Source: Chloracidobacterium sp.
GTDB lineage: Bacteria; Acidobacteriota; Blastocatellia; Pyrinomonadales; Pyrinomonadaceae
Reading direction: 5' to 3'
NCBI GenBank assembly: GCA_031376085.1
Contig: JANMDA010000227.1
Location: forward strand, 1 to 54,215
DNA: 54,215 nt
Under the pieces are notes generated by a model. The model saw nothing but the letters and a program-made list of their open reading frames with translations. It had not been told where the DNA came from and did not search any database. This document shows positions 1 through 9,956 of the stretch, piece by piece (position 1 is the first letter of the stretch; every line of letters starts with the position of its first letter). The translations under genes and the position numbers were made by a program.

Positions 1-1
1 T

Positions 2-541
2 GATTTGTTTCAGACGGGCTCGCTTTATAACTCAATCGATTCATTTCCAAAACCGGTGATCGCGATGGTCAATGGATTTTGCCTCGGCGGCGGAAATGAG
101 CTGGCGATGGCCTGCGACCTGCGGATGACAAGTGAAAATGCGCGCTTTTCCCAGCCCGAGATCAATCTTGGTATCATCTGCGGAGGCGGCGGAACGCAGC
201 GGCTCACAAATCTCGTCGGCGAAAGCCGCTCGATGGAAATGATACTGACCGGCGATATGATCGATGCCGCAACTGCCGAACGGATCGGCCTCGTCAATCA
301 CGTTTATCCTGCTGACCAACTCGAAGCAGAGACAATGAAACTTGCCGAAAAGATTGCCGAAAAAGCCCCAATCGCACTTCAGTTGTCGAAAGAGGCCGTC
401 AAATTTGCCTCACGCTCAAACCTCGACGAAGGACTTCGCCGCGAAGTCGACCTTTTTGCCATCTGCTTTTCGACTGAAGATAAACAGGAAGGCGTCGCGG
501 CTTTTCTCGAAAAGCGAAAACCTATTTTCAAGGGTAAATAA
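2..541 (+). CDS. enoyl-CoA hydratase/isomerase (crotonase) family protein, N-terminus outside window
   Basis: The frame is open from the window edge to TAA at 539-541. The translation carries crotonase hallmarks (PVIAMVNGFCLGGGNELAMACDLR, FSQPEINLGIICGGGGTQRL, C-terminal EGVAAFLEKRKPIFKG). Confidence 0.85.
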   Translation, partial: DLFQTGSLYNSIDSFPKPVIAMVNGFCLGGGNELAMACDLRMTSENARFSQPEINLGIICGGGGTQRLTNLVGESRSMEMILTGDMIDAATAERIGLVNHVYPADQLEAETMKLAEKIAEKAPIALQLSKEAVKFASRSNLDEGLRREVDLFAICFSTEDKQEGVAAFLEKRKPIFKGK

Positions 542-549
542 CCGCGTCC

Positions 550-578
550 TTGACGGTTCCGCCTAATTTCGATAAATT
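550..578 (+). promoter_or_regulatory. putative sigma70-type promoter of tRNA-Ala
   Basis: TTGACG (550-555), 17-nt spacer, TAAATT (573-578), about 60 nt upstream of the mature tRNA 5' end. Sequence match only. Confidence 0.35.
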
Positions 579-592
579 CGATGTTTGCCAAT

Positions 593-628
593 TCTGAACT
601 CGGAACTCCAAACTCTGAACTCGGAACT
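593..628 (+). repeat. perfect 15-bp direct repeat x2 (TCTGAACTCGGAACT) in the tRNA-Ala leader
   Basis: Copies at 593-607 and 614-628 in a 21-bp register. The second copy ends 8 nt before the tRNA. Confidence 0.9.
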
Positions 629-636
629 TGTCCTAT

Positions 637-712
637 GGGGACGTAGCTCAGCTGGGAGAGCGCTGCAATGGCATTGCAGAGGTCAGGGGTTCGATCCCCC
701 TCGTCTCCACCA
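637..712 (+). tRNA. tRNA-Ala (anticodon GGC), CCA encoded
   Basis: 76-nt cloverleaf read by hand. Acceptor GGGGACG/CGTCTCC with the G3:U70 alanine identity pair. D-arm GCTC-AGCTGGGA-GAGC. Anticodon stem CTGCA/TGCAG with loop A-T-GGC-A-T (anticodon at 670-672). T-arm AGGGG-TTCGATC-CCCCT. Discriminator A709 and CCA at 710-712. Confidence 0.95.
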
Positions 713-735
713 TTTATCTTCGCAAAAACAGAAAT

Positions 736-757
736 CAGGCCGAAAGGCCTGTTTTTT
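736..757. terminator. rho-independent terminator after tRNA-Ala (possibly bidirectional, also downstream of the convergent 784-3714 gene)
   Basis: CAGGCC-GAAA-GGCCTG hairpin (736-751) followed by T6 (752-757). The reverse strand gives the same stem followed by ATTTCTGTTTTT. Confidence 0.75.
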
Positions 758-783
758 ATACTTAAGGCTCGACTTGTCAGCAC

Positions 784-3714
784 TTACATAATGGCGAAAA
801 TATCTATCTTGCCGTCGGTTGTCTTTATCTGCGGTTCGCCATCATTGAGAAGAAAACGCTCCCAGACAAGCGGCGATGAAGTGCCTGAAGGGCCGATGGC
901 GATAAATTTTAATTTCATGAGAATGCCGTCAGCGTCGATCGGCATCGGCCCATACACGGCAACTCTCAAAAGGCCCACTTCTTCTGCGTTGAAAACAGCA
1001 TGAAGACCTCTGCTGACCGTATCAGTGACATCGACTGTATTTAGAAGCGGCTGGATCACGAGAGGATCATACCTAAGATCGAACTCGTAAGAGATAACCC
1101 CTTTATTTGCGACTCCCTTTACGATCACCGGCAGAGTTACCTCAGCTTCGGCTGCGGTAATGAGAGACGGGGCCGCGACATCGGCGCTAATCTCAGGCTC
1201 AAGGTCGCTCATCGGCCGCGCTCCGGTATTGTTCCAGTTTCCGGAAACCTCACCCATAAGAAATGCTGAATAGTCCGCACCTGTTATGTTGAGGCTGGTA
1301 AGATTAAAGGTCCTGCTCGCGGGGCTGAATATCCAGGTTCCGGTCGACCCGAACGGCGGCGTATTAATGCTGTAACGCGCAATCTGCGCGGCGTCAAACG
1401 AATTGACGAAGCCGTTTCCGGTTACATCGGCAGCGATGTGCTGAGCAGAAGTAAAAGTAATTTGGCCGGTGACAAGTTGGGCAATTTTTGCCGCATCGAA
1501 AGAACCTATCGCGGTGTTTTGTCCGCCGGTTTTTGAAGGGGTGATCGTATAAGTTCCGAGGCCCACGCCGAGCAGATAAGTTCCGCCGGGAAAAGCACTA
1601 AAGCCTGATGCTGGTGGTGAGCCCGCACCGCTTATCTGCACGTTTGAGACAAAACGCGGATTAGGCGAACCAACCGCATTCGCGTAAGTGACCGTTCCGG
1701 AAACGAAAGATATAGGTGTCGCGGTAGGCGTAAAGGTCGGCGTCGGAGTGAAAGTAGCCGTCGGTGTAAATGTTGCGGTCGGAGTGAAAGTTGGTGTAAA
1801 AGTACCCGTGGGCGTAAAAGTTGCGGTTCGAGTAAAAGTTGCCGTGGGGGTATGTGTCGGTGTAGGTGTTAACGGGACAGCATTTGGGACAACTATAAAT
1901 ACAGCAAAATTGGGCAGTGTAGAAGTTGGTGTATATGAGCTCCCAACCGGCGTTGCGACCGATGTCGAAACTCCGCTGAGAGGCAGATTTATCAAGGGCG
2001 ATGTAGAACTGTAAACGCCTGTTGCCACAACCGCTCCATTGAAATTGAACGCATTTCTAACAGTAAACTGCTGCCCGTCTGTAAGACCCGAGGAACTTAA
2101 ATTTACACTTATCGACGAAGCGGTTGATGAAGTGTAAACAATGATGTTGGCACGTCCCGATTGATAAGCGTTTGGGTTGACGATAACGGTATCGGGTAAT
2201 GGATTGGCGTTGATCGTACTCGCAGCATCAAAGCCTGTTGCCGACTTCCACTGAGTAAAGGTCTGGTTTTGATTAAGGGTCAGATTACCGAACTCATAAG
2301 CGTTGGACGCAGTACCGTAATACATGTTGTTATTGACAGTATAAGGGGACTGAGTCGTTTGAATATTTATACCGCCGAAGAATGTTGTATAAAATTTATT
2401 GCCCGCAGCGGTTATAGTCGTCGCATCATCAACCGTCAATCCGACACCGATGCCGCCGACAAAATAATTATTCAGGACATGGCCGTCATCTATACCGGAG
2501 CCGTATCCCATAGTAAGATTCGAGCCGTTGGCCGAGTGAGGATGGAACAGGAAATTATTTTGCACAGTGACATCAGGTATCCTCTGCGTCTCAGTGCCGA
2601 CGATCAGATTGCGGTTACGCTGTAACGGCACGGAAGCGAGAGGCGCACCCGAATTGGCAAAAACGCTCGCCTGTATATCACCGCCAACCGAAGCAGCCGA
2701 TCTGCCGTAGAATTGAGTGCCGTTATTGAAATTGTTAAGGACGATGTTGTCATAGACCTTTAAGAATCCTGCCGAGTTCTCAAGATACATACCGTGCCCT
2801 TTGCCGGGCGGGTCGGCAGCCAGATCATCCATTCCGTTGTTGTAGCTGAGGCATCCGTATATTTCTGTATTTGAACTTGAACTGCCAGTGAAGATGCCGC
2901 TCAGGTTGTCGTGGACGTTCAGATTGACAAACTTGTTGCCGTTCCCGGTGTTGAATATTCCATTTCCTCTCAAACCCTCGGCACCATCGGTCTGCCAGTT
3001 TCTTAGAGGCTCGCTGTTCAATATCTCTATGTCCTGATAAATCGTGTCGTTGCCCGCCGTGAACAATTGATTGCCCGCAAGCCTGACGAGGGTGCCGGTG
3101 ACATGCGGGACTGCCACGGTGCTGCTTCCTGCTGCTGCTCGATTAACATTCACGCCGTTGCCTACAATGCTGTTGATGTAAAATGCCTCACCATCAATGA
3201 TCAGGGATGTTGCACCGCCGTCGCGCCACGGGGTGAAGAAAGCCGACGCATTTGCCACCTTGAGGCTGGTTTGCAAATCATCAATATCTTCGGCGAGAGT
3301 CGTGTATACATATCCGTCGATTACGGGATATTCATTGAAGGCCGCACGAACCGTCCCGCCATTTAATGTCGATTTGAATTTACCTCGATAAATGCCGCCC
3401 TGGAGGCAAAGCGTTTTTCCTGCAACGATATACGACGTTTGATTAAGTGCAGTTTGCAGGCTCCACGGATTTGAAAGTGTACCGTTGCCTGAAGGCGAAC
3501 CAGTCGGGGATGCGTAGTAGTCACAGGTAAATGAGGGTGGAAGGTAAACGGCAACCGGGTGCACAGAGCTGCTTTTTAGATTTTCGTAACCTCTTACAAT
3601 CCCTACTCCATTTTGAAAAATAACAAAGAGCAGGATCAGCAGGCACAGTCCCACAGAACGGACGCAACGCGTCCGTATTGAAAGCGCGGGGCATAGCGCA
3701 AATTCTCGAGTCAT
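784..3714 (-). CDS. secreted right-handed beta-helix protein with Pro/Thr linker, carboxypeptidase-regulatory-like, dockerin-like and cohesin-like modules
   Basis: 976-aa ORF with an N-terminal basic plus hydrophobic signal-like segment. The central region has N/G-rich beta-helix-like turns (NGIFNTGNGNKFVNLNVHDN, YNNGMDD, VLNNFNNGTQF). A (TFTPTA)n linker follows. Dockerin-like F-hand ADVTGNGFVNSFDAAQIARY plus a degenerate copy GSFDAAKIAQLV. The C-terminal cohesin-like module reads VTLPVIVKGVANKGVISYEFDLRYDPLVIQP...ILMKLKFIAIGPSGTSSPL. Confidence 0.75.
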   Translation of the reverse strand: MTREFALCPALSIRTRCVRSVGLCLLILLFVIFQNGVGIVRGYENLKSSSVHPVAVYLPPSFTCDYYASPTGSPSGNGTLSNPWSLQTALNQTSYIVAGKTLCLQGGIYRGKFKSTLNGGTVRAAFNEYPVIDGYVYTTLAEDIDDLQTSLKVANASAFFTPWRDGGATSLIIDGEAFYINSIVGNGVNVNRAAAGSSTVAVPHVTGTLVRLAGNQLFTAGNDTIYQDIEILNSEPLRNWQTDGAEGLRGNGIFNTGNGNKFVNLNVHDNLSGIFTGSSSSNTEIYGCLSYNNGMDDLAADPPGKGHGMYLENSAGFLKVYDNIVLNNFNNGTQFYGRSAASVGGDIQASVFANSGAPLASVPLQRNRNLIVGTETQRIPDVTVQNNFLFHPHSANGSNLTMGYGSGIDDGHVLNNYFVGGIGVGLTVDDATTITAAGNKFYTTFFGGINIQTTQSPYTVNNNMYYGTASNAYEFGNLTLNQNQTFTQWKSATGFDAASTINANPLPDTVIVNPNAYQSGRANIIVYTSSTASSISVNLSSSGLTDGQQFTVRNAFNFNGAVVATGVYSSTSPLINLPLSGVSTSVATPVGSSYTPTSTLPNFAVFIVVPNAVPLTPTPTHTPTATFTRTATFTPTGTFTPTFTPTATFTPTATFTPTPTFTPTATPISFVSGTVTYANAVGSPNPRFVSNVQISGAGSPPASGFSAFPGGTYLLGVGLGTYTITPSKTGGQNTAIGSFDAAKIAQLVTGQITFTSAQHIAADVTGNGFVNSFDAAQIARYSINTPPFGSTGTWIFSPASRTFNLTSLNITGADYSAFLMGEVSGNWNNTGARPMSDLEPEISADVAAPSLITAAEAEVTLPVIVKGVANKGVISYEFDLRYDPLVIQPLLNTVDVTDTVSRGLHAVFNAEEVGLLRVAVYGPMPIDADGILMKLKFIAIGPSGTSSPLVWERFLLNDGEPQIKTTDGKIDIFAIM
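1715..1870 (-). repeat. imperfect 18-bp tandem repeats encoding the (T-F-T-P-T-A)n Pro/Thr linker
   Basis: The plus strand reads as reiterated GTnGGnGTnAAAGTn units. The protein segment is TPTPTHTPTATFTRTATFTPTGTFTPTFTPTATFTPTATFTPTPTFTPTATP. Boundaries are approximate. Confidence 0.8.
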
Positions 3715-3800
3715 ACCGTCATATTGCTAAGAGTCCGAACAGCATACTCCTAAAAAACATTTATTTCAACCTAAAAATGGGCAAAAACTGATCCACAATC

Positions 3801-3830
3801 ATTATAAAGACAGCCTGTCCCGTCGGACAA
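3801..3830 (-). promoter_or_regulatory. putative sigma70-type promoter of the beta-helix gene
   Basis: The minus strand reads TTGTCC (3830-3825), 18-nt spacer, TATAAT (3806-3801), about 87 nt upstream of ATG 3714. Sequence match only. Confidence 0.3.
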
Positions 3831-3866
3831 ACTACCGCTTTTCGGCCAAATTTTGTTTATTAAATG

Positions 3867-6800
3867 TTATTTCGCCGGCGGATCGTCCGATACCTGAAAG
3901 AAATCGCCTTTACCGTCGCTGGTTTTCAGCAGACGCATTACATCCTCGTAGCCAAAGGGATGTGCTCCGCGGCGGCCAAACACGGCGATCTGGTTGCCGC
4001 TCTCGTCGGCGGCACGATCGCGGTCGAGGCCTTTTGAAATGCCGACAGCCTCGCCTTTTGTTCTGAATGTGGCTATCAGCTTAGGTTCGGGGCGAGGGCT
4101 GAAACCGGAGAAATTCGGCATAGTTTCAGGATCGGTAAGCTGTAGAATTTTAAGCCCGTTCTTTCCGTCGGCGACGTAGCCGTAAAGGCTGGCATTTGTC
4201 ATTGCGACCTTGATCGAGTGAGCATCGTTTATCGAGCCATCGGCGTTGAATGTCTGATCGAGTTTTGGCTGTTCGGGTTTTTCGACATCGATTATCGCGA
4301 TGCCGTCCTCGCCATTGGCCACATAAGCGTAAGTCCTGGCGACATAAATATCGTGGGAGTGGGCAAGCTTGACCTCAGCACCCGCGATCAAACTAACTTC
4401 GCCACTGGACTGTAAATTTTTAATATCGAGTACTTCCATTCCGTCAGCATCGACAACGAAGGCATACATGAATTGCACGGCGATGGCTTTTGGATGATTT
4501 AACGCGACCTGTGCAGCGATCTTTGGCTGAAGCGGCGTTGAAAGATCGACGATCACGAGCGCAGTATCAGTTGTTATGTAGGCGAAGTTTCCGGCAATCG
4601 TGATGTTGTTTGCACCTGAAAGAGCGCCGTTCGGATTAAATGTAACGGCTCGTTTCAGGAAATTGTTTTGCGGATCGCCGTCAAGCAGCGTTGCAGCGTT
4701 GACGAGGATCAATCCTTCGTATTTATCAGCAATATACAAATAGGCGTAAAGCGGATGGATCGGGCCTTCTTCATTGATCGCGGGCCTTGGTTTGCCGGCT
4801 TTGTCTGCTTCTTCGTTCAGACGCAAGGCTTCGTCCGGCGGCACTTGTTTCAAGCTGCCGTCCTCGTTCCTAACGGTTCGCCAGCGTGCCGGATCAACGG
4901 CTAAAGTCGAAGGCGCGGCAACTGCGGCTGCATACTTGGTCGGAACATAGAATTTTTGACCCATCGGCGAAACCGGCGCCGTAGTTATACGCTCGGAAAA
5001 TCCTTTATGATCTATCTGGGCGACATCATAGACGCGCAGGCCGCCTTTTCCTGCTGCCGCGTAAGCGTATTCGCCGCGAACCTGGACTTGCAGCACCTCG
5101 GGACGGCCTTTGTTCTCATAAACCTCTTCAAGCTCGCGGCCGTCTTTTACAAACTTGTCGTAATTGTCCTTGTAGGCCAATTTATGGAGTGTACTGCCGT
5201 AAACTGCTTGCGGCTCGGTGTACTCGGTGACAGGGACGGCTTCGAGTGCGTGGGTTGCTGCTACATAGACATAGCGGCCCATGAAATTGACGAAATTCGT
5301 CCCTTGGAGCATCACCTGTGCGAGCCACGCATTGTTGTCCTTGTCTTTGGAAACGTGACAGTTGGAGCAGGTCTGCGTTTCCTTACCGCGAACGGTATGC
5401 GGCACATGAGTATTGAACGCTTGTCCCGAGAAACCCTCTGCCGATAGAGTTTGCTGCTGGCTGTAGATCCATTCACGATTTTGATTTCGGGAACTCACGA
5501 GGACAGCAGAACGAGAGGCCACAGGAGCGATCCGGTGTCCGGTGACGGTTCCATCCTTGCCAAGCATAAAAATATCGTCGCGAATCACCTGAAAGTTATA
5601 CTGCGTAAAATTGCGCGAATCGCCGCCCTCATTGTGGCGGTTCGGCATTTTACGGTTAGACTCCATACTCAAATGGCAGCCGAAACAGCTCGTGACCCAT
5701 GACGTATGACACGCATAGCACGTCATACTGCTGTCGCGGTGGGCCAATTTATCATCGCCAGCAGTCGAATCACCCCAAGTCTCATTGTCTTTTTGGATGG
5801 TCTTGGCATAAGCCGATGCGGGATTGTAATCGCGGTTTCCCTCAGTGATCGTGTCGGTCGTTTGTTTTACCCGCCACCAGTGATTTGGTTCGACGATAGA
5901 AATCTTCACGATGTCGCCTTTTTTGAGCGCTATATCACGTCCGCTTGCATTTTTTTGCTTTCTATCCGCTTTGACCACCTCAAGCACGAATTTCTGCTTG
6001 CCGTCGGCAGATCGGAATTTCAGACGAGTCAGATCGCGGCCGATCAGCGGTTTGTTATCTTTTGTTCTCTGGTTGATCTCACCTTTGTTCGTCGCCGGCA
6101 TCGCCGCAAAACCGCTCGTGATGCCGTTGGCTTTTGCTTTTACGGTGCCGTGGCAATCAACGCAGCCGACCTCCACCGCCGCACGCGGTTCGTTATAGAG
6201 AATTCCGGTGCCGTGACTGTCCTGCTGAAAATGACAGTCGGCGCAGTGCATTCCTTTTTCGAGATGGATGTCCTGTAGATGAACTGCCTTTTTGAATTTG
6301 TCAGGATCATTAGAATCAACGACGCGACCGCCGACATCGAGCAAATTTCCTTTGCGATCCTTTTTATATACGTTTTTAAAGATCCAGCCGTGCCCGTGTG
6401 AATCGGCAAACTGCACATTCTTAAGCTTCGCGTTGAAATCCGCCGTACCCGTCTGCTGAAGAAATACCGAATCCGACCAAAGCCCGCGAAGCGACGCTCC
6501 TTCTGGGTTTTTGTCCAGTTTAGCTTTTTCCTCGGATTGACTTGGCTCGATCTGCTTGTCAGTCGGATACATCATTTTTCCGTCGGTTTCGTTGTCCCAC
6601 CACGTCTGGCCGAGATAGGTTGCGACCATGTTCGTTCCGGGATGCATGTGACAGGTCATGCACTGAGTCGTCGGAATGTTTGAAGTGAATTGATGCTTGA
6701 TCGGGTGGCCGGGCTCGTTTTTTGGAATTTTTGTGTCGGCTGACTGCGAAAATCCCTGATTTCCCGCAGCAGCGTATGGCCCTGCGGCCTTTTTGCTTGT

Positions 6801-7832
6801 GTCGTTTGCGTAGATTACATGGCAAGCCGTGCATCCCGCCGAGCGGTAGTCGCCGGCGTGGTCATTCGTCCCGAGAAAATTTAGCGTCGGGTCTAGCAGC
6901 CGCGTTTTTTGCAGGCCGAGATAGACGGGATCAGTGCGGTTGTTAGTGCCGAGGCCACGCTGGCTCAATCCCTTGTCGGGCCTACCGTTGTCTTCGTCCT
7001 TGTCGGGATTTCCAACCTCGAGACGTCGTTTTCCACCGCGTTCGAAAACGCGAAGGATGTTGCCTGGCTGCGATATTTCCCAGCGCGGCAGCGGATAGAG
7101 CGATTCGAGAAAGCCATCTTTTGCCTGCTGTTCGCGTGTCGGGGCAGGTGATTGAAACAACGCCTGCGGCTTGCCGTCTTCGTTATAGCTTTCGCCAAAA
7201 GCAGCGTCCTTGATCGGATAACCGCCGTTGTTATAAAGCGCCGCTCCCCACAGCATCGCTCCGTGTGCCATCATGCTGCGCGGGCTGCGTTTAGTTTCTT
7301 CCGCATGGCAAGTGCCGCACGTTTGAGTGATCACGCGAAAATCACCGGGATTGATAAAACGAACAAAATCACGGCTTTCTTTGGCAAGCAGCGTATTAGT
7401 TCGCTCCGGATTTCTGCTCGAACAGTCGCCATTCTTGCAGCCCCACTCTTTTGGAAACTTCGGCTGGACGTGAGCCTCTGCCTGTGTCGTTGCCGCCGGA
7501 TTACCTCCGTGACACGAAGTGCAGCTTAGATCTTGAGCGTCTTTGCCGTCTTTTAATGTTTCGTAAACATCGCCGCTGCTGTTGTATTTGTGCATCGGCT
7601 CGATATTGTTATGACACTTCAGGCAGCCTTCCATTGGCGGGTCGTCCGTTTTTGTCAGAGGCGCCGGGGCAGCGGGCAGGACTTGACGGTCAGTTTGTGC
7701 GGCGGGCGCGGGTGATGCGTCGTTTAATTTGGCAAGAGCCACGCTCTTCCACAACGCTGCGGCTAAAAAGCAGGCAAAAATGAGCAGGACGATCAGCTTG
7801 ATCCGTTTATGCATGTTCGTAACTGCGGCCAT
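3867..7832 (-). CDS. decahaem c-type cytochrome fused to a C-terminal LVIVD-repeat beta-propeller
   Basis: 10 CXXCH motifs (CLKCH, CTSCH, CGTCH, CTACH, CMTCH, CADCH, CVDCH, CYACH, CFGCH, CSNCH). The C-terminal ~450 aa has at least 6 LVIVD-type repeats ([59 protein letters not shown]). N-terminal signal/anchor [16 protein letters not shown]. The ORF track starts at GTG 7841. I prefer ATG 7832, which sits 8 nt after AAGGAG. Confidence 0.85.
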   Translation of the reverse strand: MAAVTNMHKRIKLIVLLIFACFLAAALWKSVALAKLNDASPAPAAQTDRQVLPAAPAPLTKTDDPPMEGCLKCHNNIEPMHKYNSSGDVYETLKDGKDAQDLSCTSCHGGNPAATTQAEAHVQPKFPKEWGCKNGDCSSRNPERTNTLLAKESRDFVRFINPGDFRVITQTCGTCHAEETKRSPRSMMAHGAMLWGAALYNNGGYPIKDAAFGESYNEDGKPQALFQSPAPTREQQAKDGFLESLYPLPRWEISQPGNILRVFERGGKRRLEVGNPDKDEDNGRPDKGLSQRGLGTNNRTDPVYLGLQKTRLLDPTLNFLGTNDHAGDYRSAGCTACHVIYANDTSKKAAGPYAAAGNQGFSQSADTKIPKNEPGHPIKHQFTSNIPTTQCMTCHMHPGTNMVATYLGQTWWDNETDGKMMYPTDKQIEPSQSEEKAKLDKNPEGASLRGLWSDSVFLQQTGTADFNAKLKNVQFADSHGHGWIFKNVYKKDRKGNLLDVGGRVVDSNDPDKFKKAVHLQDIHLEKGMHCADCHFQQDSHGTGILYNEPRAAVEVGCVDCHGTVKAKANGITSGFAAMPATNKGEINQRTKDNKPLIGRDLTRLKFRSADGKQKFVLEVVKADRKQKNASGRDIALKKGDIVKISIVEPNHWWRVKQTTDTITEGNRDYNPASAYAKTIQKDNETWGDSTAGDDKLAHRDSSMTCYACHTSWVTSCFGCHLSMESNRKMPNRHNEGGDSRNFTQYNFQVIRDDIFMLGKDGTVTGHRIAPVASRSAVLVSSRNQNREWIYSQQQTLSAEGFSGQAFNTHVPHTVRGKETQTCSNCHVSKDKDNNAWLAQVMLQGTNFVNFMGRYVYVAATHALEAVPVTEYTEPQAVYGSTLHKLAYKDNYDKFVKDGRELEEVYENKGRPEVLQVQVRGEYAYAAAGKGGLRVYDVAQIDHKGFSERITTAPVSPMGQKFYVPTKYAAAVAAPSTLAVDPARWRTVRNEDGSLKQVPPDEALRLNEEADKAGKPRPAINEEGPIHPLYAYLYIADKYEGLILVNAATLLDGDPQNNFLKRAVTFNPNGALSGANNITIAGNFAYITTDTALVIVDLSTPLQPKIAAQVALNHPKAIAVQFMYAFVVDADGMEVLDIKNLQSSGEVSLIAGAEVKLAHSHDIYVARTYAYVANGEDGIAIIDVEKPEQPKLDQTFNADGSINDAHSIKVAMTNASLYGYVADGKNGLKILQLTDPETMPNFSGFSPRPEPKLIATFRTKGEAVGISKGLDRDRAADESGNQIAVFGRRGAHPFGYEDVMRLLKTSDGKGDFFQVSDDPPAK

Positions 7833-7844
7833 TTTCCTCACTCC

Positions 7845-9956
7845 TTAGAATATTAGTTTCATTTGGCTGAACAGCGAATACTGCGGCTTGGACGGATTGA
7901 CAACGTCGCCCGTGCAGAAATTTGGTATCGGACAATTTCGTGATCTGTCAGTATAAATGTCTTTAAATCCTTTGCCGGCAAAAAAGACGCTTCCGCCAAA
8001 TGTAAATGTCACGTTATTTATCAGCCACGGACGATAAACGACGCCAAGACTGAGATCGCCGCCGATCTCGTGCCTGATGCCGGGCTGGAAAAGTACATAT
8101 TCGAGCGATTCGGTTCGGTGAAAGCGGAGATAATTTGCGTTGAATACCGCTTTCACGGTCTGAGTCAATTCGGCGTCGGCGCCGAGATTGAATATCTCAA
8201 TGCCCGGATTGACGAAATTCGCCTGTCCCTCACTTTTGCTCGAACGAAGTGTCGGTAAAAGGCTGTTGCCCTGAACCAAACCGACTTCGGTCGAAACCAG
8301 GCGAATTCCTTGTCGGTTCCAATATGAAAATTGTCCGCCGACAAAATTCGGATCGTCTAATATTGCGTCGAAACCTTTTGCTTTATCGTCAGTCGGATCG
8401 CTGTCACCTGAGGCGAAGAAAACCGATGCTCGAAAACGCAGCCAATCGCGGTCTATCGAGGCTTCGGCAGCCGCCATGTGCGCCCTGATGTCGGTCCTGC
8501 GGCCAGCTATTGGATTAAATTCGTCGTGGCCAAATGCAAAGTAATACGAATTAGATAAATTCAGCAATCCGATATGGCCATCGCCGTTAAAGCCGACATA
8601 ACCGGCTCGAACATTGTGCTCACGCGCACTGCCGATCAATGCCGGACGAACGAGAAAACCATTTTCGTCATAATGAATGCGGCCGCGATCGTCGTTAAAA
8701 GCTGCTATTGCCTGGATCGTATAGCCCTTGGTCAAAAAATCCTGATGATAGAAATTGGCGATGTAAACATTTTGATGACGCGTGTGAAATGTATTCAGGC
8801 CGCTGTTGGTGTCTTTTTCAAGCTGGTTGAAATAGGCGACGTTGAACTGATTTTTATTATTCGAAAACGCTCCGAAGAAACGTGCGCCTAAGTTATTGTC
8901 CGAATACAAAAATCCGCGAAAATCCGCATTGAACGGCTGAATACCTGCGCGAATAAATGCCGCATCGTAATTGTCATTTGTGTCAAAAAGCTTGACCTCG
9001 GCAAAAGCGTCTTCGAGCGAGGCATGATAATCGGTGCGGTTGGTGCCGCGTCGGACATCGATGTTTACGATGCCGTTCTCACGGGCATTGAGATAATTTG
9101 GAACGCTGAAAGTCGGCGATATTTTTATCGCCCATGCGCGCGGCCTGAAAACAGTGTCGCCCTTAAAGAACTCGAATGAAACCTGAACCGTTTCGTTAAG
9201 CGAAAAACTCTCGGGACGTCCAAAAAAATTATTGCTGTTCGGATCGGCTGTACTGACATTATTACCGGAAGGTGTCCTGCGGATCTCGGCACCTGTCGTA
9301 CTGACACCCGACAAGATCATAAAATACTTGTCGCCGATTGTCGGAAAATCGCCTTTTAAGACATTTCGGTCATAAGGGTTGTACCAGGCGTTTCGTTTAA
9401 ATGGAATGTCGCGTCCACGAGCACCTTTGTCGCCGTAACGATCGTATTCGGGAAATTCATAACGCCAGCGGTCACGAACCTCGCGGCGATCATAGCTGCT
9501 TTTTGCTGTCGTATCGGTCTTTTCGGTTTCATCTGGCTTTGATGAGCTTGTGTTAACGACCTTGAATTCTATTTTTCTCTCGCCGCCGTCGATGATGACA
9601 TTTTCGAGTATCGGACATTTTTCTTTTTTCCTGTCACAAAACACGTTTGAAAAAACGCCGTATTCGTCTGCCTTTCCCGGGCTGAAACGAGCTTCGAAAG
9701 GCAGCCCGACGGATATGCGATAAGCGCCAGCTCCGAGCCGAAAAGAAAATTCGCCGCCCGATCTTGTTACTTTGGTTTCTTCTTCGCCGGATGTTTGATT
9801 GGTGACTATCACAGTCACACCCGCGACCGGTTTGCCGTCGTCGTCAACGACTTTTCCTGAGAGGCGACCGCTGGACGACTGAGCAAGCGTGATTGAGGCT
9901 ATTGATAAAGCGAATAGGGCGAGAAAAAGAACACGTTTTGGAAAACTCAACGGCAT
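7845..9956 (-). CDS. outer-membrane beta-barrel protein with N-terminal carboxypeptidase-regulatory-like domain
   Basis: Signal peptide (LFLALFALSIASITLAQS). Ig-like domain GRLSGKVVDDDGKPVAGVTVIVTNQTSGEE...FSFRLGAGAYRISV. About 550 aa rich in Gly/Asn/Tyr/Phe with alternating hydrophobicity. The C-terminus ...YSLFSQMKLIF ends in Phe, typical of an OMP beta-signal. Its TAA overlaps the Shine-Dalgarno (SD) sequence of the downstream cytochrome gene. Confidence 0.7.
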   Translation of the reverse strand: MPLSFPKRVLFLALFALSIASITLAQSSSGRLSGKVVDDDGKPVAGVTVIVTNQTSGEEETKVTRSGGEFSFRLGAGAYRISVGLPFEARFSPGKADEYGVFSNVFCDRKKEKCPILENVIIDGGERKIEFKVVNTSSSKPDETEKTDTTAKSSYDRREVRDRWRYEFPEYDRYGDKGARGRDIPFKRNAWYNPYDRNVLKGDFPTIGDKYFMILSGVSTTGAEIRRTPSGNNVSTADPNSNNFFGRPESFSLNETVQVSFEFFKGDTVFRPRAWAIKISPTFSVPNYLNARENGIVNIDVRRGTNRTDYHASLEDAFAEVKLFDTNDNYDAAFIRAGIQPFNADFRGFLYSDNNLGARFFGAFSNNKNQFNVAYFNQLEKDTNSGLNTFHTRHQNVYIANFYHQDFLTKGYTIQAIAAFNDDRGRIHYDENGFLVRPALIGSAREHNVRAGYVGFNGDGHIGLLNLSNSYYFAFGHDEFNPIAGRRTDIRAHMAAAEASIDRDWLRFRASVFFASGDSDPTDDKAKGFDAILDDPNFVGGQFSYWNRQGIRLVSTEVGLVQGNSLLPTLRSSKSEGQANFVNPGIEIFNLGADAELTQTVKAVFNANYLRFHRTESLEYVLFQPGIRHEIGGDLSLGVVYRPWLINNVTFTFGGSVFFAGKGFKDIYTDRSRNCPIPNFCTGDVVNPSKPQYSLFSQMKLIF

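Noticed and set aside
1688-2014. Plus-strand ORF encoding a (VGVKV)n repeat protein
   Set aside because: It is the antisense shadow of the (TFTPTA)n Pro/Thr linker repeats of the 976-aa minus-strand gene. The repetitive, stop-poor sequence keeps the opposite frame open.
3994-7783. Many 60-190-aa plus-strand ORFs (e.g. 4956-5447, 5706-6278, 7152-7529) inside the decahaem cytochrome gene
   Set aside because: All are nested antisense within a 1.3-k-aa ORF that has 10 CXXCH motifs and LVIVD repeats. They have no motifs, are Arg/Ser/Cys-biased as expected for GC-rich shadow frames, and lack start contexts. The same reasoning applies to the other nested or antisense ORFs in the track throughout the window.
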